Shown here piece after piece: positions 23,296 to 35,700 of a DNA stretch of 64,000 bases (position 1 is the first letter of the stretch; each line of letters starts with the position of its first letter). The stretch is from assembly GCF_018350175.1 (NCBI RefSeq), contig NC_058368.1:148120001-148184000 (forward strand), written 5' to 3'. A program made the translations under genes and the position numbers. The notes below the pieces were generated by a model that did not search any database, was not told the DNA's origin, and worked only from the letters and a program-made list of their open reading frames with translations. Origin of the DNA: Felis catus (Eukaryota).

Positions 23296-24163
23296 ATGAA
23301 GAGACAGAAATTTATCCCCAATGAAAGTACAGGAGAAGGCCACAGCTAGAGATCTAAGCAAAACAGATATAAATAGCATCCCTGATACAGAATTTAAATT
23401 AATGATTATAAGGATACTCACTGGACTCGAGAAAAGAGTGGAAGACATGAGTGAGACCCTTAATGCAGAGGTAAGAAATAACATAGCAGAGATAAAGTGT
23501 TCAGCAAACAAAATGAGAAACATGCTTGATGAAATGAACAGCAGGATGGAAGAAGCAGAGAAAAAATAAGTGACCTAGAAAAAAGAGTAATGGAAAGTAA
23601 TAAAGCCTAACAAAAGAGAGAAAATATAATTATGCAAAACAAGAATAGACTTTGGGAACTCATTGACTCCATCAAACATAATAACATTTGTATTATATAA
23701 GTCCCAGAAGAAGAGAGAGAAAAGGAAGCAGAAAATTTATTTGAAGTAATAATAGCTGAAAGCTTCCCTAATCTAGGGAAGGAAACAGATATCCAGATCC
23801 AAGAGGCACAGAGAATTCCCATCAAAATCAACAAAAGCATGGCCACATCAAGTTATATTGTAATTAAAATGGCAAAATACAGTGATAAAAAATGTTAAAA
23901 GTAGCAAGACCAAAGAAGACAGTGACTTACAAGGGAAAACTCATAAGGCTAGCAGATTTTCCATAAGAAACTTTGCAAGCCAGAAGGCAGTGGCATGATA
24001 TTTTCAAAGTGCTGAATTGGAAAAATCTGTAGCCAAGAATACTCTGTCCACCAAAGCTCTGACTCAAAATAGAAAGAGAGATAAAGAGTTTCCCAGACAA
24101 AAACTAAAGGAGTTCATTATCACCAAATCAGTCCTGCAAGAAATATTAAAGGGGACACTTTGA
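23296..24163 (+). pseudogene. ORF1: L1 ORF1 (coiled-coil RNA-binding protein), disrupted
   Basis: Segment 23321-23569 translates as ...DTEFKLMIIRILTGLEKRVEDMSETL... (L1 ORF1p-like); multiple stops and frameshifts; ends ...AAATATTAAAGGGGACACTTTGA. Confidence 0.85.
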
Positions 24164-24424
24164 GTGGAAATGAGACACTGAAGTCACATTATAAACGTAG
24201 GAAACACAAAAACAGTGAAAATAAATATTTCTGTAAATAATCAGTCAAGGAACTCAAAAAGTAAAAAGATATAAAATATAAAAACATATACCTAAAATGT
24301 GGGGAGGGGTGAAGAAAAGAATGGTTTCAGACTTAAACAACCATCAACAGATACCGCTATATGCAGAAGAGGTTATATACAAGCTTGATGATAAACATAT
24401 ATTTAAAAACACTAAAAGATTTAG

Positions 24425-24640
24425 TGGCACCTGGCATCTGGGTGGCTCAGTCAGTAAAGCATCTGACTCTTGATTTCAGCTCAGGTCATGATCTCATGGT
24501 TCGTGTGTTTGAGTTCCACATCAGGCTCTGCACTGACAGTGTGCAGACTGCTTAGAATTCTCTTTCCCTCTCTCTCTGCCCCTAACCTACTTGTGCTCTC
24601 TGTCTCTCAATCCAAATAAATAAACTTAAAAAAAACATTA
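24425..24640 (+). mobile_element. Can-SINE inserted in the L1 inter-ORF spacer
   Basis: TGGGTGGCTCAGTCAGTAAAGCATCTGACTCTTG head, CT tract, AATAAA tail. Confidence 0.9.
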
Positions 24641-24759
24641 TAAAAAAAAAGAATAAAGAGAAAAAATATCCAAATATTTCACTAAAGAAAGCCAGCAAAC
24701 AAAAGATATGAAAGGATCAGAGAAAAACTTCAGAAAAAAAAATCAAAACAAGTAATACA

Positions 24760-27700
24760 ATGGCAATAAATACATATCTGTCAATAATTACTTTGAATGT
24801 AAATGGACTAAGCATTCCAATCAAAAGGCATAGTGAGAGAATGGATTAAAAAATAAAAATAAAAAGACATATCTATATGTTGCCTTCAAAAGACTCATTT
24901 TAGACCTAAAGATACCTGTAGATTGAAAGTGAGGGCAAGGAGAAACATCTATCATGCAAACGGACGTCAAAAGAAAGCTAGAGTAGCAACGCTTATACTG
25001 TACAAAATAGACTTTAAAACAAAGGCTATAATGAGATAAAGAAGGACACTATCTAATAATAAGGGGACAATCCAATGGAAAATATAACAACTGTAGATAT
25101 TTAGGCACTCAACTTGGAAAACCCAGGTACATAAAACAGTTAATAGCAAAACTAATGGAACTAATTGATAATAATATAATAATACTAGGGGACTTTAACA
25201 CCCCACTTACATCAGTGTGGGTGCTGATCATCTAAGCATAAAATCACCATGAAAACAATGGCTTTGAATGACACACTGGATCATATGGACTTAACTGATA
25301 TAATCAGGTCATTCTATCCTAAAGCAGTAAACACATCGCACAACTGCACAGTGAACATTCTCCAGAACAGTTATATATTAGCCCACAAAACAAGTCTCAA
25401 CAAATTCAAGAATATATAGGGATACCATGCCCCTTTTCTGACTATAACACTATGAAACTAGAAGTCAATCACAAGAAAAACTTTGGAAAGATGACAAATA
25501 CGTGGAGGTTAAATAACATACTACTAAACAGTGAATGGGTCAGCCAGGAAATAAAAGAAAAAATAAAAAAATAAACCCATGGGAAAAAAAGGAAATTAAA
25601 ACACTGTGGTCGAAAACCTTTAGGATGCAACCAAAGCAGTTCTAAGAAGAAAGGTTATAGCAATACAGGTCTACCTCAACAAACAAGAAAAATCTCAAAT
25701 AAGCAACCTAACCTTACACCTAAAGGAGCTAGAAAAAGAAGGAAAAAGAAGAACAAACAATCTAAAACCAGAAGGAAGGGAATAATAAAGATTAGAGGAG
25801 AAATAAATAACATAGAAACTAAAGGGAAAAAAAAAGAAACACACACACACACACACACACATCCACACACACCCAAAAACAGCAAAACAAAGCAAAACAA
25901 AAAATACAAAAAAACAGATTAATGAACCCAGGGGCTGGTTCCTTGAAAAAATCCATAAAATTGATAAATCTCTAGCCAGAATTATTAAGGAAAAAAAGAG
26001 ATATAACTCAAAAAATAAAATCATGAGAAGAGAGAAGGAATAACAACGAACACCACGAAATACAAACAATTATAAGAGAATATTATGAAAAACTATATGC
26101 CAACAAATTGGAAAACCCAAAAGAAATGGATAAATTCCTAGAAACATATAAATTACTGAAACTGAAACAGAAAGAAACAGAAAACTTGAACATACTGATA
26201 ACCAGCTAAGAAAGTGAATCAGTAATCAAAAGGTTCCCAGCAAACAAAAGTCCAGGACCAGACGGCTTCCCAGGGGATACCCACCAAACATTTAAAGAAG
26301 AGTTAATACCTACTTTTCTCAAACTATTCCAAGAAAGGAAGGAAAACTTCCAAATTCATTCCATGAAGACAGCATTATCCTGATGCCAAGTCAGATAAAG
26401 ACCCCACTAAATAAGACAACTACAGGCTAATATCCTTGAGGAATATGGATGCAAAAATCCTCAGTAAAATAGTAGCAAGATTAATTAAACAATACTTTTA
26501 AACAATCATTCAGTATAATCAAGAGGGATTTATTCCTGGGTTGAAAATGTGGTTCAATATCTACAGATCAATCAACATGATACATCACATCAGTAAGAGA
26601 AAGAATAAAGAACCTTATGATCATTTCAATAGATGCAGAGAAACCATTTGGAAAACACACCATTCATGAAAATAATTCTCGAGAAAGGAGGTTTGGAGGT
26701 AATATACCTTTACATAATAAAGGCTATATATGAAAAACCCACAGCTAACATCATGCTTATTGGGGAGAAACTGAGAGCCTTTCCCCTAAGGTCAGGAACA
26801 AGACGAGGATGTCCACTCTCACCACGTTTATTCAGCATAGTAGTGGAAATCCTACCCAAAGAAATCAGACAACAAAAAGAAATAAAGGCATCCAAATTGG
26901 AAGAGAAGTAAAATGTTCACTATTTTTAGATGTCATGATATTTTATGTAGAAAACTCAAAAGATTCTACCAAAAAAAATGCTAGAAATGATGAATGAATT
27001 AACTCGTCACACGATACAAACTCAACATACAGAAATCTGTTGCATTCCTATATGCCAATAATGAAGTAGCAAAAAGAGAAATCAAAGAATCAATCTCATT
27101 GACAATTACACCAAAAGTAAGATACCTATGAATAAACCTAAGCAAAGAGGTAAAAAGACCTGTACTCTGAAAACTAGAAAACACTGATGAAAGAAATTGA
27201 AGGTGACACAAACACCTTGGAAAGAGGTTCCATGCTCATGAATTAGAAAAACAAATTTTGTTAAAATGACTATACTAACGAAAGCAACCTGCACATTTAA
27301 TGCAATCCCTATTAAAATACCACTGGCATTTTTCACAAAGCTATAACAAACATTTCTAAATTTGTATGGAACCACAAAAGACTCTGAATTGCCAAAACAA
27401 TCTTGAGAAGGAAAAGCAAAGATGGAGGTGTAACAATTCTGGACAAAGTTCTGGTGAACAAAACAGTGTGGTACTGGCACAGAAATAGACACACAGATCC
27501 ATAGAACAAAATGGGAAACATGGAAATGAACCCAAAACTACACGGTCAATTAATCTTCAACAAGGTAGGAAGAATGACCAATGAGAAAAGGATAGTCTCT
27601 TCAAGGAATTGTAGTGGGAATACTGGACAACATACAAAAGAAAAACATTTGACCACTTTCTTAACCATAATCAAAAATAAATTCATAATGAATGAAAGAC

Positions 27701-28474
27701 CTAAATGTGAGACCTGAATCCATACAAAAATCTTCGAAGAATACACATGCAATAACCTCTTTGACATCAGATGTAAGTTTTTTCTTGAAATGTCTCCTGA
27801 GGCAAAAGAAACAAAAGCAAAAATAAACTATTGAGACTTTATCAATGTAAAAAGCTTCTGCACAGAGAAAGAACATTCAACAAAACCAAAGGCAACCTTC
27901 AGAATGGAGAAGATATTTGCAAATGTCATTTTTGATAAAGGGTTCTTATCCAATATATATAAATAATTTATAAAACTCAACACCAAATAAGCAAATAATC
28001 CAATGATAAGATGGTCATAAGTCATGAACAGATATTTTTCCATAGAAGACATTCAGAAGGCCAAGAGACATTAAAAGGTGTTCATCATCAGTTATCATCA
28101 TGGGAATGCAAATCAAAACTACAATGAGTTTTGATACCTGTCACACCTGTCAGAATGGCTATAACCAAAAATAAAAGAAACAACAGGCGTTGCTGAGGAT
28201 GTGGGGAAAAGGGATCCTCTTGAACTGTTGGTGGGAATACAGCCACCAAACTGGTGCAGCCACTCTGGAAAACAGTATGGAAGTTCCTCAAAAAGTTAAG
28301 AATAGAATTACCCTATAATCAAGAAATCACACTACTGGGTATTTACCAAAAATACAAAAACAGTAATTCAAAGGGATACATGCACTTCATATTTACAGCA
28401 GTATTATTTATAATATCCAAGATATGGTAACAGCCCAAGTATCCATAAATTGATGGATGGATAAAGAAGAGTTG

Positions 28475-28520
<46 letters not shown>

Positions 28521-28660
28521 GAATATTATTCAGTCATAAAAAAGAATGAAATCTTGCCATTTGCAACAACATGGATGGAACTAAAGAGTATATTGCTAGC
28601 AAAATAAGGCAGTGAGAGAAAGACAAATATCATATGATTTTACTCATATGTGGAATTTAA
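24760..28660 (+). pseudogene. ORF2: L1 ORF2 (endonuclease / reverse transcriptase), disrupted
   Basis: EN start ATAATTACTTTGAATGTAAATGGACTA (IITLNVNGL); GGGGACTTTAAC (GDFN); RT segment [16 protein letters not shown]; catalytic FADD degraded to FLDV; many stops. Confidence 0.9.
28477..28517. repeat. (CA)n microsatellite inside L1 (others at about 25839-25872 and 28687-28714)
   Basis: Directly visible. Confidence 0.95.
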
Positions 28661-28686
28661 GAAACAAAACAAAAAAGCAAAGGAAG

Positions 28687-28718
<32 letters not shown>

Positions 28719-29637
28719 TTCAAGAAACCAACTCTTAATTATAAAAAAAAAAAAACTGTTACCAGATGGAAGAGAGGTGGGGGGATAGGTTAAATGGGTG
28801 ATGGGGATTAAGGAGTGCACTTGTCATGATGAGCACCAGGTGATGTATGGAATTGTTGAATCACTGTAATATATACCTGAAACTAATCTAACACTGTATG
28901 TTAACTGACTGGAATTAATAGAAAGACTGCAGAAAATTCATATCGATAGTTATGTAAATTACTAATTTATAAATGTATTTAAAAATGTACGAATATACAT
29001 ATGTAAAGCATTGCTTCTGAGTATGTGCCAACAATATTTATGACATTAATAATCATAAGCACCTATATTTGTGCTTAGATATATAGCTTTCAGAGCAGTT
29101 GCACAAGCCCTTTGTATCTTGTTTCTTTAAGAGGGCATCTTTGTTCCTCCAGATGGCAATGAAAGTTTTATAGGATCATATAGAAATTGCTTACATTTCT
29201 GCCTGCATATTCAAGTCATGATAATTCATTTTGCAAAACTGAACACATTCTAAGGAGTCATAGTATGATTGGGGAAATTATCCTAAAGATAAAATCAAAG
29301 AAGTTTGGCTTCAGAGAAATTAGGATAAAGCCCTAAAATAAATTTAGTACAATATACTACATTTAAATATCCATATTTGCCCTCTAAAAGATTATTTTTG
29401 GAGGGAAAACAACACATGTCTATACAGAACTGCAAAATCAACAACTTCATATATGGTCAATTCTCATTATTTTCAGTAGGTATGATCCATAAAATCTCCA
29501 TGAACAGTGGATTAGTAAATATTGAACCACCGTTCCAATTGTCTCCTTTTCTTACCTACACATTTATATATCATGCATTATGGTGGCATGGACAAATTAT
29601 TCCATTCTGTTTCTATTTTTACTTGATTCTGAAAGTA

Positions 29638-29980
29638 TGTTGTAGATTGAGTTCTCCAAACACAGAAACTGAGACAGAATTTGGGCTGTTAATTTAATGT
29701 GTTAAACTGTGATGTAGTCCCGACAAAAAGATTGATCAATTCCACGACGGGTTCTTGTCCTACAGTAAGGAAAGTGGCCAGTCATTTACACCTTCACTTT
29801 GCTCTGTCACCAGATGCCAGGTATGTAAGGACCTGTGTGGCCGTGAGGAAGTAATTCCTCTGCAGAGGTGGATGCCAATGGAAGCCACTGCTAGGACTCT
29901 CCACTGTCTGCATTTCCCACAGCAGGGCATCAGAGACTTCCTTTTTTTGGCAATTTGCCTGGGATGTTTCCTTGCCCACA
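29638..29980 (-). mobile_element. LTR33-like ERVL solo LTR
   Basis: TG...CA ends; AGATTGAGTTCTCC..CAGAAACTGAGACAGAATT start and CTCTGCAG / TCCCACAGCAGG end resemble recalled LTR33 reverse complement. Confidence 0.55.
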
Positions 29981-31084
29981 GTAACGGGTGACTTATCTTT
30001 CCCTTTTAAATATATAGGGAAGTTAGTGCATACAAGGAAAGATTTCCTTCATTACTACATCTTATTAGAAATACTAGGAATCCCAAGATCTCATTGGAAG
30101 GACATGGTATTCAATTCAATTCAGTACTTTAACATTTTGAAAGATTAAAGAAGATACTCTTTTGAGCTGTTTTCTATTTTGTCTTTTGTAAAAAGCTAGC
30201 AAAGAAAACTGTTCCCATAAACTTGCAAAGTCCTTCATTTTCCAAAGCAATCTGTCCAACTAGAATGTCATCCATCTGTGCAGGCTAGTTGACTCATTTC
30301 AGTTTGGGACTTTATTCCTGCAAAACACCTGTACTATAATATGTGCTTAATAATTTCCACCCATTTTCAAGAAAAAATTGCATCTCTAAAACCTTCATGC
30401 TGTCATAAAATTGTCAGTTTCCGTTCTTGTTACCATAATGAGATGTTATACAGGTGGATCCATGTTTTAGAACTATTATCCATAGAAATGCACATTGGTC
30501 CAACAGGGGAAAAATGTGTTGGCAAAAGGAAACATATCTCATAAAAGCCATGTTTATATACTGTGAGCCAATAATTTTTAAGATCGTACAGTTTGGACAC
30601 CTGCAAAATATGGATGAAATGTTAGATTTCCATAATGCTACTGTTTGTGTAATGTGACTGTTATGAGGCATGTCCAATTGCCAAATGTTACATGCCTTGG
30701 GCTATGGTGCTCATTAGTCATAGAAGTGTATTCAGTTCAGATTATCACATGGAATCAACTTTTGGCAATTTTTTATTGTGTTGTCACATCAGTGGTTTAC
30801 GTTAATGTCCAAAATTTATGATAAAGCTGAATATATATATTTTTAAGAGAATCAAAAAATCTTAATATTCATATGCTATTCATAGAGCTGTTTTCCTGAT
30901 TTGTACAATTTTCCCGTGCTTTTGAATTTTCCCTTATTTTTACAACCAAATCTTCTCACTTGTTTCACAAACCAAAGCAGCAGAGTTCAAACTATTTTCT
31001 CAAGGAAGTTAAAAATTGTAAATGGGTTTAAATTATTGAAAATTAAAATTAAACTATTCTAACTAAACTTAATCTGGACCAACT

Positions 31085-31222
31085 TCTTTAATTTATAGAT
31101 GAAGATATTTGAAATCAAGGCTTTATGCTTACCTGAAGTAACTCAGGTCTATAAGTTCAGAGCTGAGGATAAATCCAGATACTCTTACCTTGATTTCATG
31201 ATTCTTTCCTCTAAACCATACC
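31085..31222 (-). mobile_element. MIR fragment
   Basis: TTTATAGATGAAGA...CTTACCTGAAGTAACTCAG...CAGAGCTGAGGATAAATCCAG. Confidence 0.55.
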
Positions 31223-31261
31223 TCTACTATTCATTTTTTGAATTTAATAAGAGATTATTTT

Positions 31262-33055
31262 AATATTTTTGTATTTTTCAGCTTTATTGAGATACAATTG
31301 GCATATAACATTGTGTAAATTTAAGGTTTACAAAGTATTGATGTGAAACACTTATGTAGTGCAAAATGATGAATGTCATAGCCTTAGCTAACAACTCCAT
31401 CATGTCACATAGTTACCATTTCTTTCTTGTGGTAAGAATATTTAAGATCTACTCTCTTAGTAACCTTCAAGTATGTAAGACAGTGTTATTAACCATGATC
31501 ACCATGTTTTGCATTAGATCCTCAGAAGTTACTCATCTCATAACTGGAAGTTTCTACTCTTTGACCTACTGCTCCTCCCACCCCAAGAAGTTTATTCTTC
31601 ACCCCCAAGACTCTGGCAACCACTATTCTACTGTTTCTATGAGTTCAGCTTTTTAGATTCCCCATAGAATTGCGGTCATTCAGTATTTGTCTTTCTCTGA
31701 CTTATTTCACTTACTATAATGCCTCCAAGGTCCAACTGCATTGTCACAAATGTCAAAATTCCCTTCTCTATCATGGCTAAACAATATTCCATTGTATGTA
31801 TTATACTGCATCTTCTATACCCATTTGTCCACTGACAGTTATGTTGTTTCCATAGTGTAGCTATTGCAAATAATGTGGCAGTGAACACAGGGTGCAGATA
31901 TCTCTTTGATATGCTTTTTTCATTTCCTTTGGACATATACCTACAAGGAGGATTGCTGGATCATATGGTATTTCTATTTTTAATATTTTGAAAATTTCTT
32001 ATTCTGTTTTCCATAGTGGCTATAACAATTTATATTCCCAACAGTGCACAAGCATTCCATTTACTCCACATCCTCACCAATGCTTTTTATCTCTTGTCTT
32101 TTGATGATAGCCACTCTAACAGCTGTGAGGTGATATCTTATTGTGGTTTTTATTTGCATTTCCTTGATAATTAGTAATTTTGGGTGTCTTTTCATGTACC
32201 TGTTAGCCATTTGAATGTCTTCTCTAGAAAATGCCTCATCAGTTCTGCCCATTTTTAAAATAGGATTGTTTGTGGGGCACCTGGATGGTTCAGTTGGTTA
32301 AGCATCCAACTCTTGGCTTTGGCTCAGGTCATGATCTCCAGGTTTTGTGACTTCATGCTCCGTGTTGGGCTCTGTACTGGCAGCAAGGAGCCTGCTTGGG
32401 ATTCCCTCTCTCCCTCTCTCTCTCTGTACCTCCCCCACCCACGCTGTCTCTGTCTCTCTCAAAATAAATAAATAAACTTAAAAAGTAAAATAAAATAGGA
32501 TTGTTTGTTTTCTTCTTTTGTTTTCTATTGAGCAGTATGCATTTTTTATACATTTTAGATATTGACTCCTTATCAGATACATAATTTGCAAAGCTCTTCT
32601 GTTCTGTAGGTTGCCTTTTCATTTTGTTGATGGCTTCCTATGCTGTGCAGAAAAGGTTTGGTGTAGTGCCACTTACTTGCTTTTGGAGTCATATCCAAAA
32701 AATCATTACCAGACCTATATCAAGGAGCTTGACCTCTGTATTTTCTTATAGGATTTTTTTATTCAGGCCTGCTATTTAAGACTTTAATTCATTTTGATTT
32801 GATTTTTACATGTGGTGTAAGACAAACTTCTAGTTTCATTCCACTCTCCAGCTTTCCCAGCACTATTTAATCAAAATATACTCCTTTCCCCAATGTATAT
32901 TCTTGGCTCCTTTGTCATAAATTAATTGACAATATATGCATGGTTTTACTTTTGATTCTCTATTTCTGGGTTACATTGATCTATGTGTCTATTTTTATGC
33001 TAGTAGAATATGGTTTTGATTGCTATAGCTTTGAAATATAGTGTGAAATCAGGGA
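31262..33055 (-). mobile_element. L1MA9-like 3' fragment (ORF2 end plus 3'UTR)
   Basis: CAGCTTTATTGAGATACAATTG...CATCATGTCACATAGTTACCATT...AAGATCTACTCTCTTAG; minus-strand ORFs [15 protein letters not shown] and MKRQPTE. Confidence 0.88.
32274..32490 (+). mobile_element. Can-SINE inserted in L1
   Basis: 18-bp TSD TAAAATAGGATTGTTTGT (32256-32273, 32491-32508). Confidence 0.95.
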
Positions 33056-33509
33056 TACGTCTGCTGCAAACAAGAAATGAAAACATTAATCCAGTTTGAT
33101 AAGGAAAGTATCATCCTCTTTTGGTAGATAAATGGAGAGTGATAGTATTTCAGTTTTTAAAATGTGGAAATTAAATCAAATTCTAGGTTTGTTAAGAATT
33201 GAATGTGTTTTCAGGAAAGAAAAGTGGTGAAGATAGAAAATCAGGCTGTTTGTATTTCTATTGTCTATATATGACAGTAACAATTTAATAGGATAAGAAT
33301 TTGCTTGAAGATGGAAGTTTACCATGTCACAAACTTAGCCCCCTATGCATATTCATGAAGAAAGTCAATTTGAGGGTTTCTAAGGTTACAGAGCTAGTTT
33401 TGACAAACTGTGAATCTGTTCTTGCTTATCAATCCTAGTCATGTTTATCAACTACTCCCACACTGCTTACTTACAAGAAAATCTTCACTTCAGGAAGATA
33501 AGCAACTTT

Positions 33510-34087
33510 TGTTCCGTGATGGTCTCAGCCTATGGAGAACCAATATCTTGTTGGGACTGGCCCTTTTGGTTCTTATTATGATTGCAAGAGACCCTCAACA
33601 ACACCCAGGAAACTTTAAAAGAGACAAGGTTTTTTACTTACAGTCCTAGATATTACATGGCACACTTGAGGCCATACAGCAAAGTCTAGGGGGAGTGCGA
33701 GTGAGTGCATGAGTCTTGGGTTCTGCTTTTATCTGGACCCACGGTGGGAGCCTGGGTTTTGCAGGCCCACTGTCATTGGTGAATTTAAAACATGAAAGGG
33801 GGGATTTGAAGCATAGGAAAAGCAAAAAACAAAACAAAACAAAACAACAACAAAAAGAAAAACAGATGGTCCAAATTATCTCTTACTGAACTCAACCAAG
33901 ACCTCTAAAAAAAGGAAGTTGAAGGGAACTTGGAGGAGATGGCTCTTTATCTAGTTTTGTGGTTGGCAATGTGTTTATTTGAATTAACTATCTTTAAAGC
34001 GGATGGCTAAGCAGTCAAGGCAATGAAAGCTTAAGTCAGGCACTTGTATTACAAAAAAGAAAAGAAAAACAACTTTCAGGCCTTACA
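33510..34087 (-). mobile_element. Probable carnivore ERV solo LTR (family not identified)
   Basis: Minus strand starts TGTAAGG...TGTAATACAAGTGCCTGACTTAAGC; candidate TATA-like GATAAAAG; GC elevated; left boundary and TSD unresolved. Confidence 0.55.
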
Positions 34088-35529
34088 CTACAATTAGAAT
34101 AGAGGGAGGAAAGAAATTATATATCCTTGAAAGTCACAGAGGTACTGACAACTGGAGGAGAGAAAATTCACACATGTCAATTTTTATAAACATGGCAGCC
34201 CACGACTGCCTTGCTTTCCTCCTAAGTTTTTGTACGTCACTTAGTGTTCACTTGACCACCTCTCTCTTGACTTACTTAATCCCTTATCATCTGACCTCAA
34301 ACCAAGACCTACCAAATTTCTGTAAAAATCAAATAATTCTGAAACAGAGTCACCATATCTTAACAGTACATAATTGAGCATCCACTTTTTGGCTTCAGGG
34401 AGGAGATACAGGATATCATGTCAACAGTTATAGACTGTGCAACAACCATATACATTTATTGTGTAAGAGAGAAAGGGACGAATTTTAATGGCTACACTAG
34501 TTACACACTGGATCTTGTTAACTTACTAGATCCTGTGGTGCCTGAGATTCCACACTGCCAGCAAGCTTACAGATGAGGGCAAAGCTTTGTAAACAGAAAT
34601 TGATCATCAGCTATTTTAATGAGTAAAAATAGGAGTAAGAGACTTACTTAAATTTCTTGACTAAATAATTAACAGAAGAGAGATCCAAGTACACATATGT
34701 TTTACTTGAAAAAAATACGACAGAGTAATTATAAAGATAATAGCTAAAAAGAGTAAGATTTGCTATACGCCATGTGAGTTGCAGGAAGAAAAACTGAACC
34801 TCCATTAGTTAAAATCATTTAGTGTCCAAGTACCATACCAGTTGTAATATAGAGTTTTCCCTACCAGAGTAACATTTCTGAAACCCAGTTGTTTGTACAA
34901 TCTATGTTGCTACTTCTAGCTACATTCCACAGTAACTATCTAGTGCTGTCTGGGGAAAAGGTGGACTGGAAAGTACAAGAACAAAACGTGAAAGGCTTTT
35001 TAAAGAAACCAGAGTAGTGCTCAACTCATGTATTTCAAGACAATTAACCCTGGTCTAAGTAACATGCCAGTTCTGCTCTTGTCGTAGCCACTTTTTAGAT
35101 GACCTTATTAATTTCTCATTCTTCCTGGGAAGAGCTGTGAGTAGGTCATATATTGTGATAACCTTCTATTGTAAGGTGACCGGTGTAAAAATGCACATCT
35201 TAACTAAGCTGAGACAAAGAAAGAATCATTTCCTTCAGGCTTCCGAGGTTGTAAAATGTGAAGTTTGATCAAGTTATACCATGAAAATATGGGAACTAAG
35301 ACACGTTTTTTTTTTTTTTTTTTTTTTTTTTTTCAGAGAGAGAAGAATGAATCCACTCAGGCCACAAAGAACTCTTCAACACTAGGTAACAACTGCTTTT
35401 TGATGCCCAATTGAATCTGTGCTCATGAATTTTGTAAGATGGTTCTGAGCCTTAGTAATGAATTTCTCCTTTCTGCCTAGCTTACCTTAGTGCTGCTTTT
35501 GTTATTTGTAACCAAAGACATCTCTTGGA

Positions 35530-35700
35530 AATAGCTACTTAGCTACATAACCTTGAGTACACTCCTTACCCTCTCTAAAACTCAACTCATTCATAAGTGT
35601 ACCTTCTTGTGTGATTGTAAAAATTAAACCCAATAATTTATGTATATTTCCAAGCATGATACCTGACCAAAAATAAGACTCAGATAATGCTCTTATCACT
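35530..35700 (+). mobile_element. MIR fragment
   Basis: CTTAGCTACATAACCTTGAG..CCCTCTCTAAAACTCA...GTGATTGTAAAAATTAAA...ATACCTGAC. Confidence 0.5.

Larger units (their letters stand above)
21889..28932 (+). mobile_element. Full-length, inactivated carnivore LINE-1 (L1_Carn-like)
   Basis: 5'UTR, ORF1, spacer, ORF2 and 3'UTR in order; flanked by 15/17 TSD AAATTTCATATCAATAG (21872-21888) / AAAATTCATATCGATAG (28933-28949). Confidence 0.93.

Noticed and set aside
21889..28932. Active L1
   Set aside because: Both ORFs have many stops and frameshifts, the RT catalytic motif is lost, and the 5'UTR is CpG-depleted.
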